A stretch of 45,911 bases of DNA from Sarea resinae (taxonomy: Eukaryota), in assembly GCA_026026165.1 (NCBI GenBank), contig JAPEUD010000014.1, forward strand, positions 372,001-417,911, given 5' to 3'. Position numbers and translations under genes: made by a program. The notes under the pieces were generated by a model, which ran no database searches, had not been told where the DNA came from, and was given only the letters and a program-made list of their open reading frames with translations. Positions within the stretch are counted from its first letter, which is position 1, and each line of letters begins with the position of its first letter. Shown in pieces: positions 1 through 11,336 of the stretch.

Positions 1-130
1 CCTTAGGTATGCGTAAATTCAATTCCATTCGCAACGGTCAATCATGATGATATTCCGCACACCTTGCATCACGCCGCCGCATTGCTTTTCCCCCTTAGCG
101 CAATTGAGATGCACAGATCAACACGGATCG

Positions 131-202
131 TGGGATGGGATGGGATGGGATGGCGCCATCCCACATTCTATCGATGATGATGATGAGGATGATGATGATG
201 AT
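131..202. repeat. Microsatellites (TGGGA)4 and (GAT)~10
   Basis: tgggatgggatgggatggga at 131-150 and an imperfect gat run at 173-202. Confidence 0.8.
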
Positions 203-711
203 CCGGGGTCCTCCGTGCCGCGTGTGCGGCGTATGGTGCATGGCCCGCCAGGTACCTCGACTCCAATCATCGACGGCAAAGCAACAACGTGCTTCAGTGC
301 TTCACCGGCACGCCCTTGCTTGCCTGCAGATCGTGGTCCGTGGATGCGGCATCCCGAGAGCGGACAGTGTACTACTGACTGCCTATCCAATGGAGCCGAG
401 GACTCTCTCCCTGTGCTGGTAGGAACAGGAACAGCGTGAGGTGCCGTGTAGCAGCCGCTGTTGCCTTTTCGGGATAGAGAGCGTTGATCTTCAAGCCTCC
501 TCCATTCGGTCTGACGGACACTACACAGTGTGGTCGAGCTGGAGGCACGCAAGCAGCAAAACAGGCCTTCGCAAGTTCGCTTCTACCTAAATCATCCATT
601 CTGACCATACACAATACTCGTTCCTAAGGTACTTGAGAAGACTATAGATAAGGTACAAGACCGAAATGCCCTTCATCTTGTCTCCCCAACACCCTTCTGT
701 TATGCCATCGT

Positions 712-3048
712 TCATCTTCTGCTCTTCGCCGATGTGGAAGATCCTGCCGGGATTTCACTTCCGCTCCCTCTTAGCGAGCCCTTGGACACGCCGCTGTTAT
801 GCTTCAATTCTGTATCGACGTCCCAGCTTTCAAGAAAGCTCCCAACGTCATCAATCATAGCGGAAAGGAAGGCTTCGTCGACCTTGGCCTGTCCGTCTTG
901 CTGGTGACTCTCTCCCAAGGTCCCTTGAGGTGTGATGGAAGCCGGTGGCAATGAATAAACAGTCTTACTTGCTGGCTTTCTCAAAGCGCTTTTCAGACTC
1001 CGCCCCGCCTCTTTTCCACTGCCCATAGAGTCAGGGCTCGTTTCCATGTCGAGTTCAGGTCCTTTAAACCCCCCATCATCTAAGGCAGCTCTCTCCTGGC
1101 CTGCCACTTCTACCGCGGCCGCGAAGCTCGCCCTCTTCCTAGTCTCGGGTTCCTTCTTCACCGTACTGACAGCAAACGGCGATGCCGCATTCAACATATC
1201 CTGGGTGCTTAAGAGATCTTCGTGGTTGACTGTGAAAGAGACCTTGACTGACTCGACAGATGGCGTGCGAAAGGTCCGGAAGGGAGTGATAGCGGTTGGA
1301 GAGCCTTGGCTAACGCGGGGTGGTGTGCTCAAAGCAGGGCTATGAGGATGATGTATTGTTGGAGATAGGATAGATGAGTTTTTCAAAGGCGACACGATAT
1401 CGGCCTGAAACTCGCTCTGGGCTTTCAAGATTGCAGCTTGCGTAGAGAGATAGGTGTCATATTCCTCCTCCGCCGTCAAGGCGTATGCCTTTGAATCTTG
1501 GCGATCTGGAACCGTAGAACTAACAGCGGTAGAAGGATTATGGAGGATAAGGTCAGCTTCCAAGATCCTATCTGAGCCTTTGCTTGATGGAAGCAGCCGA
1601 GGTGGGTCTTGCGATGCTGGCGAGGCCTCTGGCTGCGGCTTAGTGTACCCGTCGTCCTTTCTCCGACCGACATCCACATCTGTGCCAGTATTCTGCCCGT
1701 TTGATTTTACTGCATCAGAAGGAATGCTGATATGAGAGGTATCTCCAGACCAGTTCTGATTGGCTCTTCTTCGAGAATGTTTCTTCGCAATCTCCTTGTT
1801 CTTTGTGACTGGAAGTAGTACGTCCCTCTCCTGAGGGGTCAAAGACCCTGGGGATCTCGTGACCCTCCTATAGTCAAAGGCAGGCAAATTTGTCGAGGAA
1901 GGTAGTGTATGGAAAGAACCTCGACGATGAGTCGTAGCAACGTGGTTCGGGTCAAGAGACTCTTGCGGACCAGGTACTGGCTGCGATATTGAGGCTCTGG
2001 CTTTCTTCGGTTTGCGCTTCGAGAGAGGCGAGCTGTTATTGGCCTCACTAAGCTGCTGATCCTTACTGTCGGACTTTTTGACGCTGAGAAGGTTTGAGTG
2101 AGCCGCGCTGTCCGCTGAAGGACTCTTATCACTACCAGTTCCAGCTGATCGTTCCACGCCAAGCAAATCCAAAGCAGCCTGCGCAACGACATTCACTGCG
2201 CCTGGATCCAAAAACTGTTCCTTGATTGATAGATTACCGGTTTCTCCTATAGGCGGCGTTTTGCTAGTCTCGTGGTCCATTGGCGAAGGATATGACGCTT
2301 CTGGATGGACAGATTCCGGTGCATCGTCAGGCTGTCGTTCCATTGATGGCCTTCGTAGAGGTACTAAAGGCGTCGGTGAGGGTGGACCGTCCTGCACAGA
2401 TGGCTTCAAGCGTGGCAACCCAGATTTGAGCCAACTTTGTCCAGTGGGAAGTGATGCCCCCGGCCGTGAGTTGAAGTAATCATTATTTCCTGAAGGCGCC
2501 GGCTGGACGGCAAGACCATGAGAAGGCCGAAGATGGGTATCGTATATCGCTGTATTGTTATCTGCCCCTGTTCGTGACGCGGGAGATGACCCTCGTTTAC
2601 TAGAGTTTCTCTGGACCGGTTTGCGTTTCGGTCGTGGCCCGGCGGCCGGGCTTTGCTGTGCTCTATCCGGACCCTTGAACCCTTCAGTTGGGGAGATCTC
2701 GATCTTTCTGCGGATGCTCTCGTTCTCTCTCCTCACCTTGCTGTCTCGGTGTAGAGCCCTCGCTTTGATGTCTCCTTTGGACTCATTGGTCTTAGCTTTC
2801 TTCGACAGCTTCTTGCTTGCCCACGGGTTGATCCAGTCTTCACCAAGCGGGCCTTTGATGCCTGCAGACAGTATGAACAGTGGCTGCCCGGAGAGGTATT
2901 GTTGGGCAATCTCTTCGATCCTCCGACGTTTGGCTTCAGGAGGTCTTTCATCATCCCCATCAGAGTCGGAGCCCAGGTATGAGCTGTCGGACTGATGCGG
3001 AGAGAGTGGTTCAAGGCACAGCCCGGACCGTGCGTGGAGGAATGACAT
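712..3048 (-). CDS. Uncharacterised 778-aa, largely disordered, basic Ser/Pro-rich protein
   Basis: Single uninterrupted 778-codon ATG ORF. Short ordered N-terminal segment (KRRRIEEIAQQYLSGQPLFILSAGIKGPLGEDWINPW) and short internal/C-terminal motifs (LSTQAAILKAQSEF, LSTQDML, GSFLESWDVD) separated by low-complexity sequence. No domain recognised. Confidence 0.8.
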   Translation of the reverse strand: MSFLHARSGLCLEPLSPHQSDSSYLGSDSDGDDERPPEAKRRRIEEIAQQYLSGQPLFILSAGIKGPLGEDWINPWASKKLSKKAKTNESKGDIKARALHRDSKVRRENESIRRKIEISPTEGFKGPDRAQQSPAAGPRPKRKPVQRNSSKRGSSPASRTGADNNTAIYDTHLRPSHGLAVQPAPSGNNDYFNSRPGASLPTGQSWLKSGLPRLKPSVQDGPPSPTPLVPLRRPSMERQPDDAPESVHPEASYPSPMDHETSKTPPIGETGNLSIKEQFLDPGAVNVVAQAALDLLGVERSAGTGSDKSPSADSAAHSNLLSVKKSDSKDQQLSEANNSSPLSKRKPKKARASISQPVPGPQESLDPNHVATTHRRGSFHTLPSSTNLPAFDYRRVTRSPGSLTPQERDVLLPVTKNKEIAKKHSRRRANQNWSGDTSHISIPSDAVKSNGQNTGTDVDVGRRKDDGYTKPQPEASPASQDPPRLLPSSKGSDRILEADLILHNPSTAVSSTVPDRQDSKAYALTAEEEYDTYLSTQAAILKAQSEFQADIVSPLKNSSILSPTIHHPHSPALSTPPRVSQGSPTAITPFRTFRTPSVESVKVSFTVNHEDLLSTQDMLNAASPFAVSTVKKEPETRKRASFAAAVEVAGQERAALDDGGFKGPELDMETSPDSMGSGKEAGRSLKSALRKPASKTVYSLPPASITPQGTLGESHQQDGQAKVDEAFLSAMIDDVGSFLESWDVDTELKHNSGVSKGSLRGSGSEIPAGSSTSAKSRR

Positions 3049-4135
3049 GGCGACTTATCCGAACTTATGCCTCTTGGCGAGCAACTCAGCGCTGGCAGAT
3101 AAGGCAGACTTGTGGTCTTTGGTGCAGATAGGCAATTAAAAAGTCTCACAGGGATGACTTCATCGAAGTTCCATATCCGTCGGCAGTGTGTTGACATACA
3201 ATCACTTCAGATGGGCAGTCAAACAACTTGGACTTAGGTAGAGGCACCTCAGAACAACGAGCGTTGCCAGGTCACGAATCTTCGCGTAGATTGATCCTGT
3301 TTGCACGCGTCGCGCGATCAATGTAGATTAGATAAGGAATATGTCGAGTACCTTGTATTAGAGCCCTCGTCTGTGAACAGAAAGAGACAGAAGAGGCGGA
3401 GTCTGAATGAGTAGGAAATCTTGAACAGCCTATCACCTCATCATAGAGATATCGCCTACTGCTACCGAGTACCTTCCGTGGTCCTTCAAAGAGGAGTGAG
3501 AAAGGAAGAAAGAAAATACAGGGAGGAATTACTGTATGAATCAGATTCAATGAAAAGATCAAGGATAAAGATGTGATTCCAAGAGGCAATCTGTCTATTC
3601 GTGCAACCGTCATCTCATTCATCATTGCAGATTTCGAACCACACAAGGATAGCACCAGTTGCAACAGGATAACGCACTGTACAGGGAGGGAGGCTGAAGT
3701 GAAGTGCATAAATGAATGCATTCGGGACTATGTATCACAGCACATGGAGGGTATGTCCGTACCGCGCGCTTGTATTTGAGGCGTTGCCCATGACAACAAG
3801 TTTGCCGAGTGTCGCGACTACCCGATTTGGATCGCGATTGAGACTTACAGAACTTCGAGACGCCAAGCTGTCTATCCAAGCGCGACGACGAGGTCGACTC
3901 AGCATAACAACGACTATAGAGCGGTTCGGGTCCGCTCGACACTCTACAAGCAACGCACTACTTACCTCTGTCGACAGCAAACACTTCGTCAACTCCAGTC
4001 TTGACATCAGCTTCAACCTCTCAGGCCTAGCTCAAGTCACCATAAACATCTACCGCATAGAGCCACACCATGAATGGGACCGCTTGACTGGAAACATCCC
4101 CCTCTTTGTACGCGTGTGGTCGGGCGGTGCCGACG

Positions 4136-7100
4136 ATGGATCCCTGGCTGGACTCACTTTCGGAGGATTGGATACCTCAGCCCCGATCATCCTCTTCAGC
4201 GCGTAACTCCGATGGCGCGAGCGCGAACAGCGACCTGAGCGCCATCAACACATCCCAGTGTCGCATCCCGCGATACAAACCATTGGGCGAGCACGGCCAA
4301 GGGAATACCAGCGCAATCTCGGAGCGCACCCGGCCCAAACATGTAAAGTCAACCCATGACTCTTCTCCCTCGGAACATGGACGGCGACTCTCACGAACCG
4401 TATCCTGCTCGACCACACAGTCAGTCCAGCGGCACACAGTACAGCATCACTCATTGAGCTCATCCCCTAAGAAGAGCGGGATGCTACACGACACTCCAGA
4501 GTGGAAGAGGAAATGGGTTGATGGAGTCGTCATGTATGGAGAGCAGAGAGATCTATTCAGTGGCGGTGGACTGGAAAGCATCTTTCATCCTCCTCCACCT
4601 CAGCAGGATAGCAAGCCCTTTCAGATACCTAGGGGCAACGATCCTCCGTCCAGCCCTCCAGCCTATTCACCGTCGCCCTCGAGAGGGCATCAGTCTCCAT
4701 TGTACGCGAGTTCACCAGCTTCGGAGAAAAAGCAAACCCTCGCGAAAGAGGTGGATGAATCGACTGAGGCAGGAGGAGTTCGAGAACATGAAGATGTGGA
4801 ATCATTGGGGAAGGACATTGGTAAAGAAGCAATTTTGGCAGACAGTGGTGAACATGAGAAGACTGAAAGGGATATCAAAGTGGCCGGTGAATCGGCCAAC
4901 AATTGTGGCGAAGGGTCGGGCTCTAAGGACGACAACGAAAACGAGCGTCCACTCACGCCTGCTTTCCGAAACGATGCCAGCCCATTATCGAAAACGGTGG
5001 AAAGTTCAGGGAAGCAAGACACAAAAAATAGGACTCGGATTGGCAAAGACGAGGAGAAAAACGAGGCATTTAGCCTCATATACGTCTCCAAACACAACAC
5101 AGTAGACGGGCGTATAGGATATGCACCTTTCGTACCACAAGAAAATCAGGACGGCTCCGTCTCGAAGGAATCATTTTTAGACTATTATGAACAGGAAAGA
5201 TCGGCCCAAAGCGTTCATTTTCCGTTGACTGGAGATTCTTTGGGTGGCTTATCTTCCTTGGGCAATTGGACGAGCCCTTCTCTTCCTGGAGACCTATCCA
5301 CTGGGACAAAAGAATTTGCGGCTAAAGGTGGTTTTATCAACTTTAAACGAGGCGGCTATGACAGCCCATCGTTCCGTCAACGAAGTCTCAGTCCATCTTC
5401 CTTACCAGAAGATGTACGAGATCAGAGTGCTGTCAGATCTTCTGAGGGTGAAGATTCTCATTGCTCTACAAAAGGGACTTTACGGAAGAAAGCTAGGGAG
5501 CCTAGATCAACGTTTTTGTCGCCTATCCCATCTGAACCCAAGACTCCAAAGAGGAGTCCTGTACGGAATGGGGCGAGCCCGGAAAGATCGCGCCCTTCAG
5601 GTAGTCCCCTCAAATTGTTTGGCAATTACGATACATTCACGAATGAGAAATTCAAACGGAGAATGAGCCAGCTTGAAGATAGCCTTTTCCCTGGCCGAAC
5701 ACCAAGCGAAAAAGATTACCCCACGGCAACTGGTGACAACAAGTCAAGGCACGCAGAGCCTCTAGATCTTTCCTGTTCGCACAGATTGAATCGAAATAAT
5801 CAGTCAAAGGATCGCGTTGCGGCGGAGGAGATGCAATGCACGTCGCGATTGAGTAGTTTTGGGGAGGGCCAATTCGATGAATATGTGTTCAATCAAGAAA
5901 TGCCTTTGGGGTTACCAAAGTCGGGAGATTTCGACGAAGATCGTGAGAATCAGCCACCTTTACCAGAGCTCAAGCATGGATCTCAAGAGAGCTTCAGATT
6001 CGAGGTGAAGGTGCCTGATCTGCAAAATGTTGAAAGAGTCCGCACGCGGTCATCTAGAACTGTCAACGAAATCTCATGCAAATACGAAAGCACCACCAAC
6101 GGTATAAAAGCTGAAAGAACCCAGTCACCGGATACCTTGTCTGGTCGGGCGAATGGCCAGCGTTACGCTGAGGAGACCACCAATGGGCGGCTCGAGGGCA
6201 AGCGGCCACCAGCATCCCCTTCCAAAAATCCAACGCCAAAAAGACGACGAACGCTACATAAATCTGAGATCATCGAAACGTCGCCTAGCAGGAGCATGGC
6301 TGCTGAATCTATAAGAGAAACACACTCTCAGATGCAGTCTGTTATTGGCAGGAAGAGGAAAGATGCGCGATACGATAACAATGGTGAAAGAGCAGATGCG
6401 GAGACTCTCGCGCGTCGCCAGATTCTGCTACCAAGGAACACGACACCAAACCAGTCTCAGCGCAGATCTTCCACTGTACTGGAAAATGGCATTGGCCCGA
6501 CTCCTGTCGACAAAGAATTGTCCGCCATACCGGAAGACCTCCAAAGTTCCCCATTGGAACACGATCTCAATGCTCACGCTGCCGAGGTAGCAGAAGAACT
6601 TGAATCATTGCACTCCGACGAAGCCAATCATCTATTAGAAGAGAATCAGAGAGGATCTGTTACGACCCAGGATTTCCTAAACGAAGCTCTCAGGATAATG
6701 GACTTCATTCGTGCAAGGAGTAGACCAGAGCAGAGACTGGCAAGCCTTAACGAGGCCGATGGGGAGGTTGATAGTTCCATCGCTGAGAGTGTCTCAGCGT
6801 GCGACTCAACAAAGGAGAGCTTTTCTCGCCCGCCAAGTCGTGAAGGCATCATCGTTTCAAAATTGAGGGTACCAGGGCCACAGGATGCACGAATTTTCAG
6901 CCACCTGAAGAAGTATCAGGATCATGATGACATGGACCTTATTGTAACCTCATCGTTGAAATCGCTCGATATAACCAAAAAGGCTGCAGAGACTCCAGGC
7001 CTGGAGACGTCAGTACCAGACGAGGCCAGGGATCCCCCTAATATTCGCGTCATCTCAAACCCAGACCATATCATTGAGCCCATTGCTACATCTGCCGAGG

Positions 7101-10100
7101 CAAAAGATGATTCGACAGACAATCAGCCGCTAGAACATGGCTCGCACTCTTCGGCTCCCTCGTGGGGTCGCACCGTAAATACCAGCAGCTCTTCTCGGAG
7201 GTCGGAGACTAAGCAAGTGATTCAGCCAGAGATGGTCTCGCACCTAATATCTGGTCAAATAGGGAAAATGGTTTTTGATGATACGACGCAGAAATGGATC
7301 AAGAAAAGGGGAGCCCACGAAGCTTCAACGGGAGCTAGCAAGGGCGCTATCAGCGAACCAAGCGAAGATGATCCTTTTGGAAGTATTCCAGATCTTACAG
7401 TGGATGAGCTGGAAGAGACAAGGAGAGTGCAGTCTACACGGTCGGTAAATCCGACAACCATGAATCCACTCAAAGACGTGGAGGCTCCAGATTTGGGCTT
7501 TGCGACAAAACGCGTGCATCATCGGGATAGTTTACAGGGAGACGTGGCTTCTTCTCGGCCTCAAACTCGCGATGGCACTGAAAACACAGTTGATTCCAGC
7601 TCTGCGCCTTCGAAGTATTCACGTTTTGCTTCTAGCTACCCAAGGACCGAAACACGAGCAACTTCGTGGGGCGATGAGGTTTTCCGGCCGAGAGGGCCAG
7701 TCGAAGATCAAGCGAACAACGCCTCAGGATCAACGTGCGAGGATCAACCATTAGAAGCTCAACAAGAGAAGAGAAAAGACGATGAGCATACTGGATTGGA
7801 AATCGGTCGTATCGACCATGAATACACAAGAGCGGACAATACATCATCCTCACCCATTTCGTCACAACTTCAGAATCCCGATCACATGAAAACACCCTCT
7901 GGAAATCCACCATTCTGGACGGATGCCAGTCAAATAACTGCGGACGATTTCGAGGAAGATCCCATTCGCGACCTTCATCGTTCCTCCCCAGGCCAGCAGA
8001 GTGCTTCAAGAGTGGCCTCATTCCGTTTCACCCCACAGTCTGGATACCGAGGTGCAGCTCGGCGAGTTTCCTTTGGTGGACGATCTTTTACAGCGCGCCC
8101 AATATCTCGAATTGATGAGCGCAGCGAAAAATCTTTCCACGAGTTTGGTGACGACTATCGTAGGGCCAGCTTCGATGTCACTCTTTCAACACCCTTGCCT
8201 ATTCGAGACTTATCAGCAAGCATTGCTATGCCACCGACAACGGGCAGACGGGCAAATGTCAGCTTTCATCTAAGTCCTTTATCCGAATTCAATCTCGACC
8301 AGATCGATGACTCGTTACAGCTGGAGGTTAGTTATATTGCCAAACGGCAAGGGCATCTGTCTACCAAAGAAGCTGAGGCGAGCTTCTCACTCGCGATCGA
8401 AGAGTTGGTAAAAAAATTGACCGATGTTGAACCCTTCGAGCCCTACTGGGAATACATACGTCAGCTCGATCTGAAAAATAAGGGCTTGATGACGCTGCAT
8501 ATGCTCAATCAATTTTGCGGCCGCATTGAAGATTTAGATGTGTCAAGTAACGAAATTGGTCAACTGGGAGGTGTGCCTTCAAGCCTGAGAAGTCTAAGGG
8601 CTCAGGGAAATTGCCTTTCAAATCTGACAGCCTGGAGCCATCTCCCCAACTTGCAGTATCTGGATGTTTCAGATAACAGCCTTGACTCTTTGGAAGGTCT
8701 ACAATGCCTATTCCACTTGAGGGGACTAAAGGCAGATGGCAATAACATTACGAGCTTGAAAGGTGTTCTCCAATTCAATGGGCTGATTAGCCTGAGTCTG
8801 ACAAACAACGCGCTTGGGAGTGTCGACTTTAAAGGGAGTGATCTGTAAGTGGCCTTGTTCGAGAAAGGGGATATACCAAGCTCACTACCTTAGTAAACGC
8901 CTTACGACGGTCGATCTACGAGGGAGCGGAATTCGTGAGGTCAAGAATCTACATTGTCTTCCGGCTCTTGAGCGTCTTGATCTTGGTAAGTCTTGGCGCT
9001 ATGAGTACTCAACTGTATGGAATGCTAACGGCGATGAAAGGTGATAATAAAATAAGGCAGCTCCATGTTGGAGGAGACGGTCTCCTTCGTAATTTGCAAG
9101 CTTTGAGGCTACCAGATAATGACCTCAAGAATTTCGACATTACTCCGTTTCCAAATATTCGGCTTCTCGATCTCGACCGAAATGGAGTACGCAACATAAC
9201 GGGGCTTACTAATGCGAAATACCTTGACACGCTATCATGGCGCGAACAGAAGCTGTCCATCACTCAGTCATCACCCAGCACTACCACTAACATGAATATT
9301 GATGAATGCCACGAAGTCCGCAGCCTCTATGTCTCGGGAAACCACCTTACCCTCTCAACACTCTCGCCCAAACTCGACTTCCTCAACCTGCAGCATCTTG
9401 AGGTTGCTTCCGCAAGCCTGCAAGCCCTTCCCGCGGACTTTGGCCACAAATTTCCCAACCTTCGCGTCCTGAACCTCAACTTCAACGCCTTGAAAGATAT
9501 TGGGCCTCTGAGGGGTATCAAGAGATTAGAGTGCTTGATGTTGGCGGGCAATAGATTGACGAGGCTGCGAAAGACTATGGCTGTGCTCAAGGATCTGAGC
9601 GGTCCGGGCGATAGTGAGTGTGGCGAGTGGTTACAGAAGGTGGATCTGAGGAGCAATCCCATCACCATTGGATTCTACCCCCAACATGCTTTCGCGGGCA
9701 CTACTACGTCCCCAACGGCGACGACGACGGAGCATAGCCGGATCCTCACACGCTCTCGTCAAAACCCTCAAATCTTTGACTACAAGTATACGGACGCCTT
9801 CGCACTCGCTTCCCTCGAGCCAAGTGCGGATATCATCTACCGCCGTCGTATAGACGACGATACCGCACTCCGTCGAAAGGTCTACGAGATGCTCCTCCGC
9901 ACCGCTTGTCCATCTCTCACGCATCTCGACGGTCTGGCTTTCCCGACGGATAGATCGGACCCGAGATCGGCGGTGGATGCGGTGGATGCAGGCAATGCTC
10001 GCGTCGATCATGATGATGATGATGCTCTTTTCGGACAATTGGTTGGCCTGGGCGTTTTGAGACGCAGAAGTGGCAGCGGCAGTGGCAGCGGCAGTGACGA

Positions 10101-10236
10101 CACAAGCAATGGCGAGGCGAAGGGCAACATCAAATTGGATGGCGATGACGTCCGCAGTCGTGGTATTGGCGGTGCGATTCCCACCACGGCACCATTGCGA
10201 GGAAGACAGCGCGAGCGTCGTCCAGGGAAGCATTGA
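4136..10236 (+). CDS. cdc11: Septation initiation network / spindle pole body scaffold, Cdc11/Nud1/SepK family leucine-rich-repeat protein (~1998 aa)
   Basis: ATG 4136 (MDPWLDSLSEDW). Exons 4136-8844, 8894-8985, 9041-10236; both introns start GTAAGT, end in AG and keep frame (5997 nt). Long disordered N-terminus with GSPLKLFGNYDTFTN and GKMVFDDTTQKW motifs, then a C-terminal LRR array (LQYLDVSDNSLDSLEGL, LRVLNLNFNALKDI) with an LRR-cap-like segment. This matches the fungal Cdc11/Nud1 architecture. Confidence 0.85.
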
Positions 10237-10911
10237 TCATGCATGCCCCCTCTCCCCTGCTCTGCTCCGCCTCATCGAGCACCCACTACTTCGACGAGTT
10301 TATCCACCCGTTCGCTCGTTTCTTGGTCCATCCGTTCTTTTTCTTTTTTTTTCTTTTTGCATGCAGTGTCCTGTACATACTTTGACGACTTTGGATGCCC
10401 CCGTCATGAAGATGAGAAAAGCGAGGATGACACATGAAAACACACTTCACGACTTTGATGGGCCCGGCGTTTTAAAAGGGGCTGGATTGGGTAGAGCATT
10501 GTTTGAGGTTGCTATGGGGTCGGGCGCTATGAATTGGATCGGATTGAGTCATGGGGGGTTTTCTCGTTCCCATTCGCCTTCTCCTTCTCGTTCTTCTTCA
10601 ACTTTCTTTTACAGAGAGGCACGGATGGATGGATGGATACGGTTGGAAACCACCAACCCCTTTTTTGCTCGAGTTTTGGCCGCTGGATACGATCGGCTCT
10701 TGGCTCATTCATTCCTGTCTAGCTCTTCTTGGTCCTTTTTCTTCTTCTCTGTGATGGATGGACGCTCGCCTGATTTCAAGCAGAGCGGATTTTCCTGGAT
10801 CCTTGTAAGTGGAGGGAGAAGGGAGGGTTTGTGAATCAATCGATGCTGAAGAGACAGACAATGGAAGATTATCACACTCTACTAGGCTTCGATGATGACG
10901 GGATGTGCATT

Positions 10912-10990
10912 ATGTGAATCGTGTGAACCGTGTGAACCGTGTGAATAGTGTGAATAGTGTGAATCGTGTGAATCGCATGAATCATGTGAT
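10912..10990. repeat. 9-bp tandem minisatellite (GTGTGAAYM), ~8.5 copies
   Basis: ATGTGAATC GTGTGAACC GTGTGAACC GTGTGAATA GTGTGAATA GTGTGAATC GTGTGAATC GCATGAATC ATGTGAT, read directly between two convergent gene ends. Confidence 0.9.
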
Positions 10991-11336
10991 GGGTTGGCGT
11001 CGAGTCGAGTAAAGTAGAATAGCTTGAGTGGTTGGCGTGGAGAATGGACCTGAAGGTTCTTTTTGCCTTTTCTTCATCTCGCTGTACCCATGCTTTTCAT
11101 TGCTGTTGATGCTGTGTGGGGAAGAATTATGCTATTTTTTCCTTGTTGTAGCCGACTGAATTCATCCAAAGATTGCCATACAAGACGAAGCGTGAATTTT
11201 TAAAAGAGGGAATAGATGCATGCAGAACGAGCCAACAAACCAGGAGAAACAGCTAAGCCAAGAATCAGTAAAAGCCAAACATGAAAGCACATCACCACGG
11301 TCGTGCCCCTGCCGTTCCCAAATTAATCATGACGGT

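Noticed and set aside
44..614. Short overlapping ORFs at the window start
   Set aside because: They are kept open partly by microsatellites (poly-D/poly-S/poly-M readings) and show no recognisable homology.
10912..10990. CRISPR-like array
   Set aside because: Contiguous 9-bp units with no spacers, in a eukaryotic genome.
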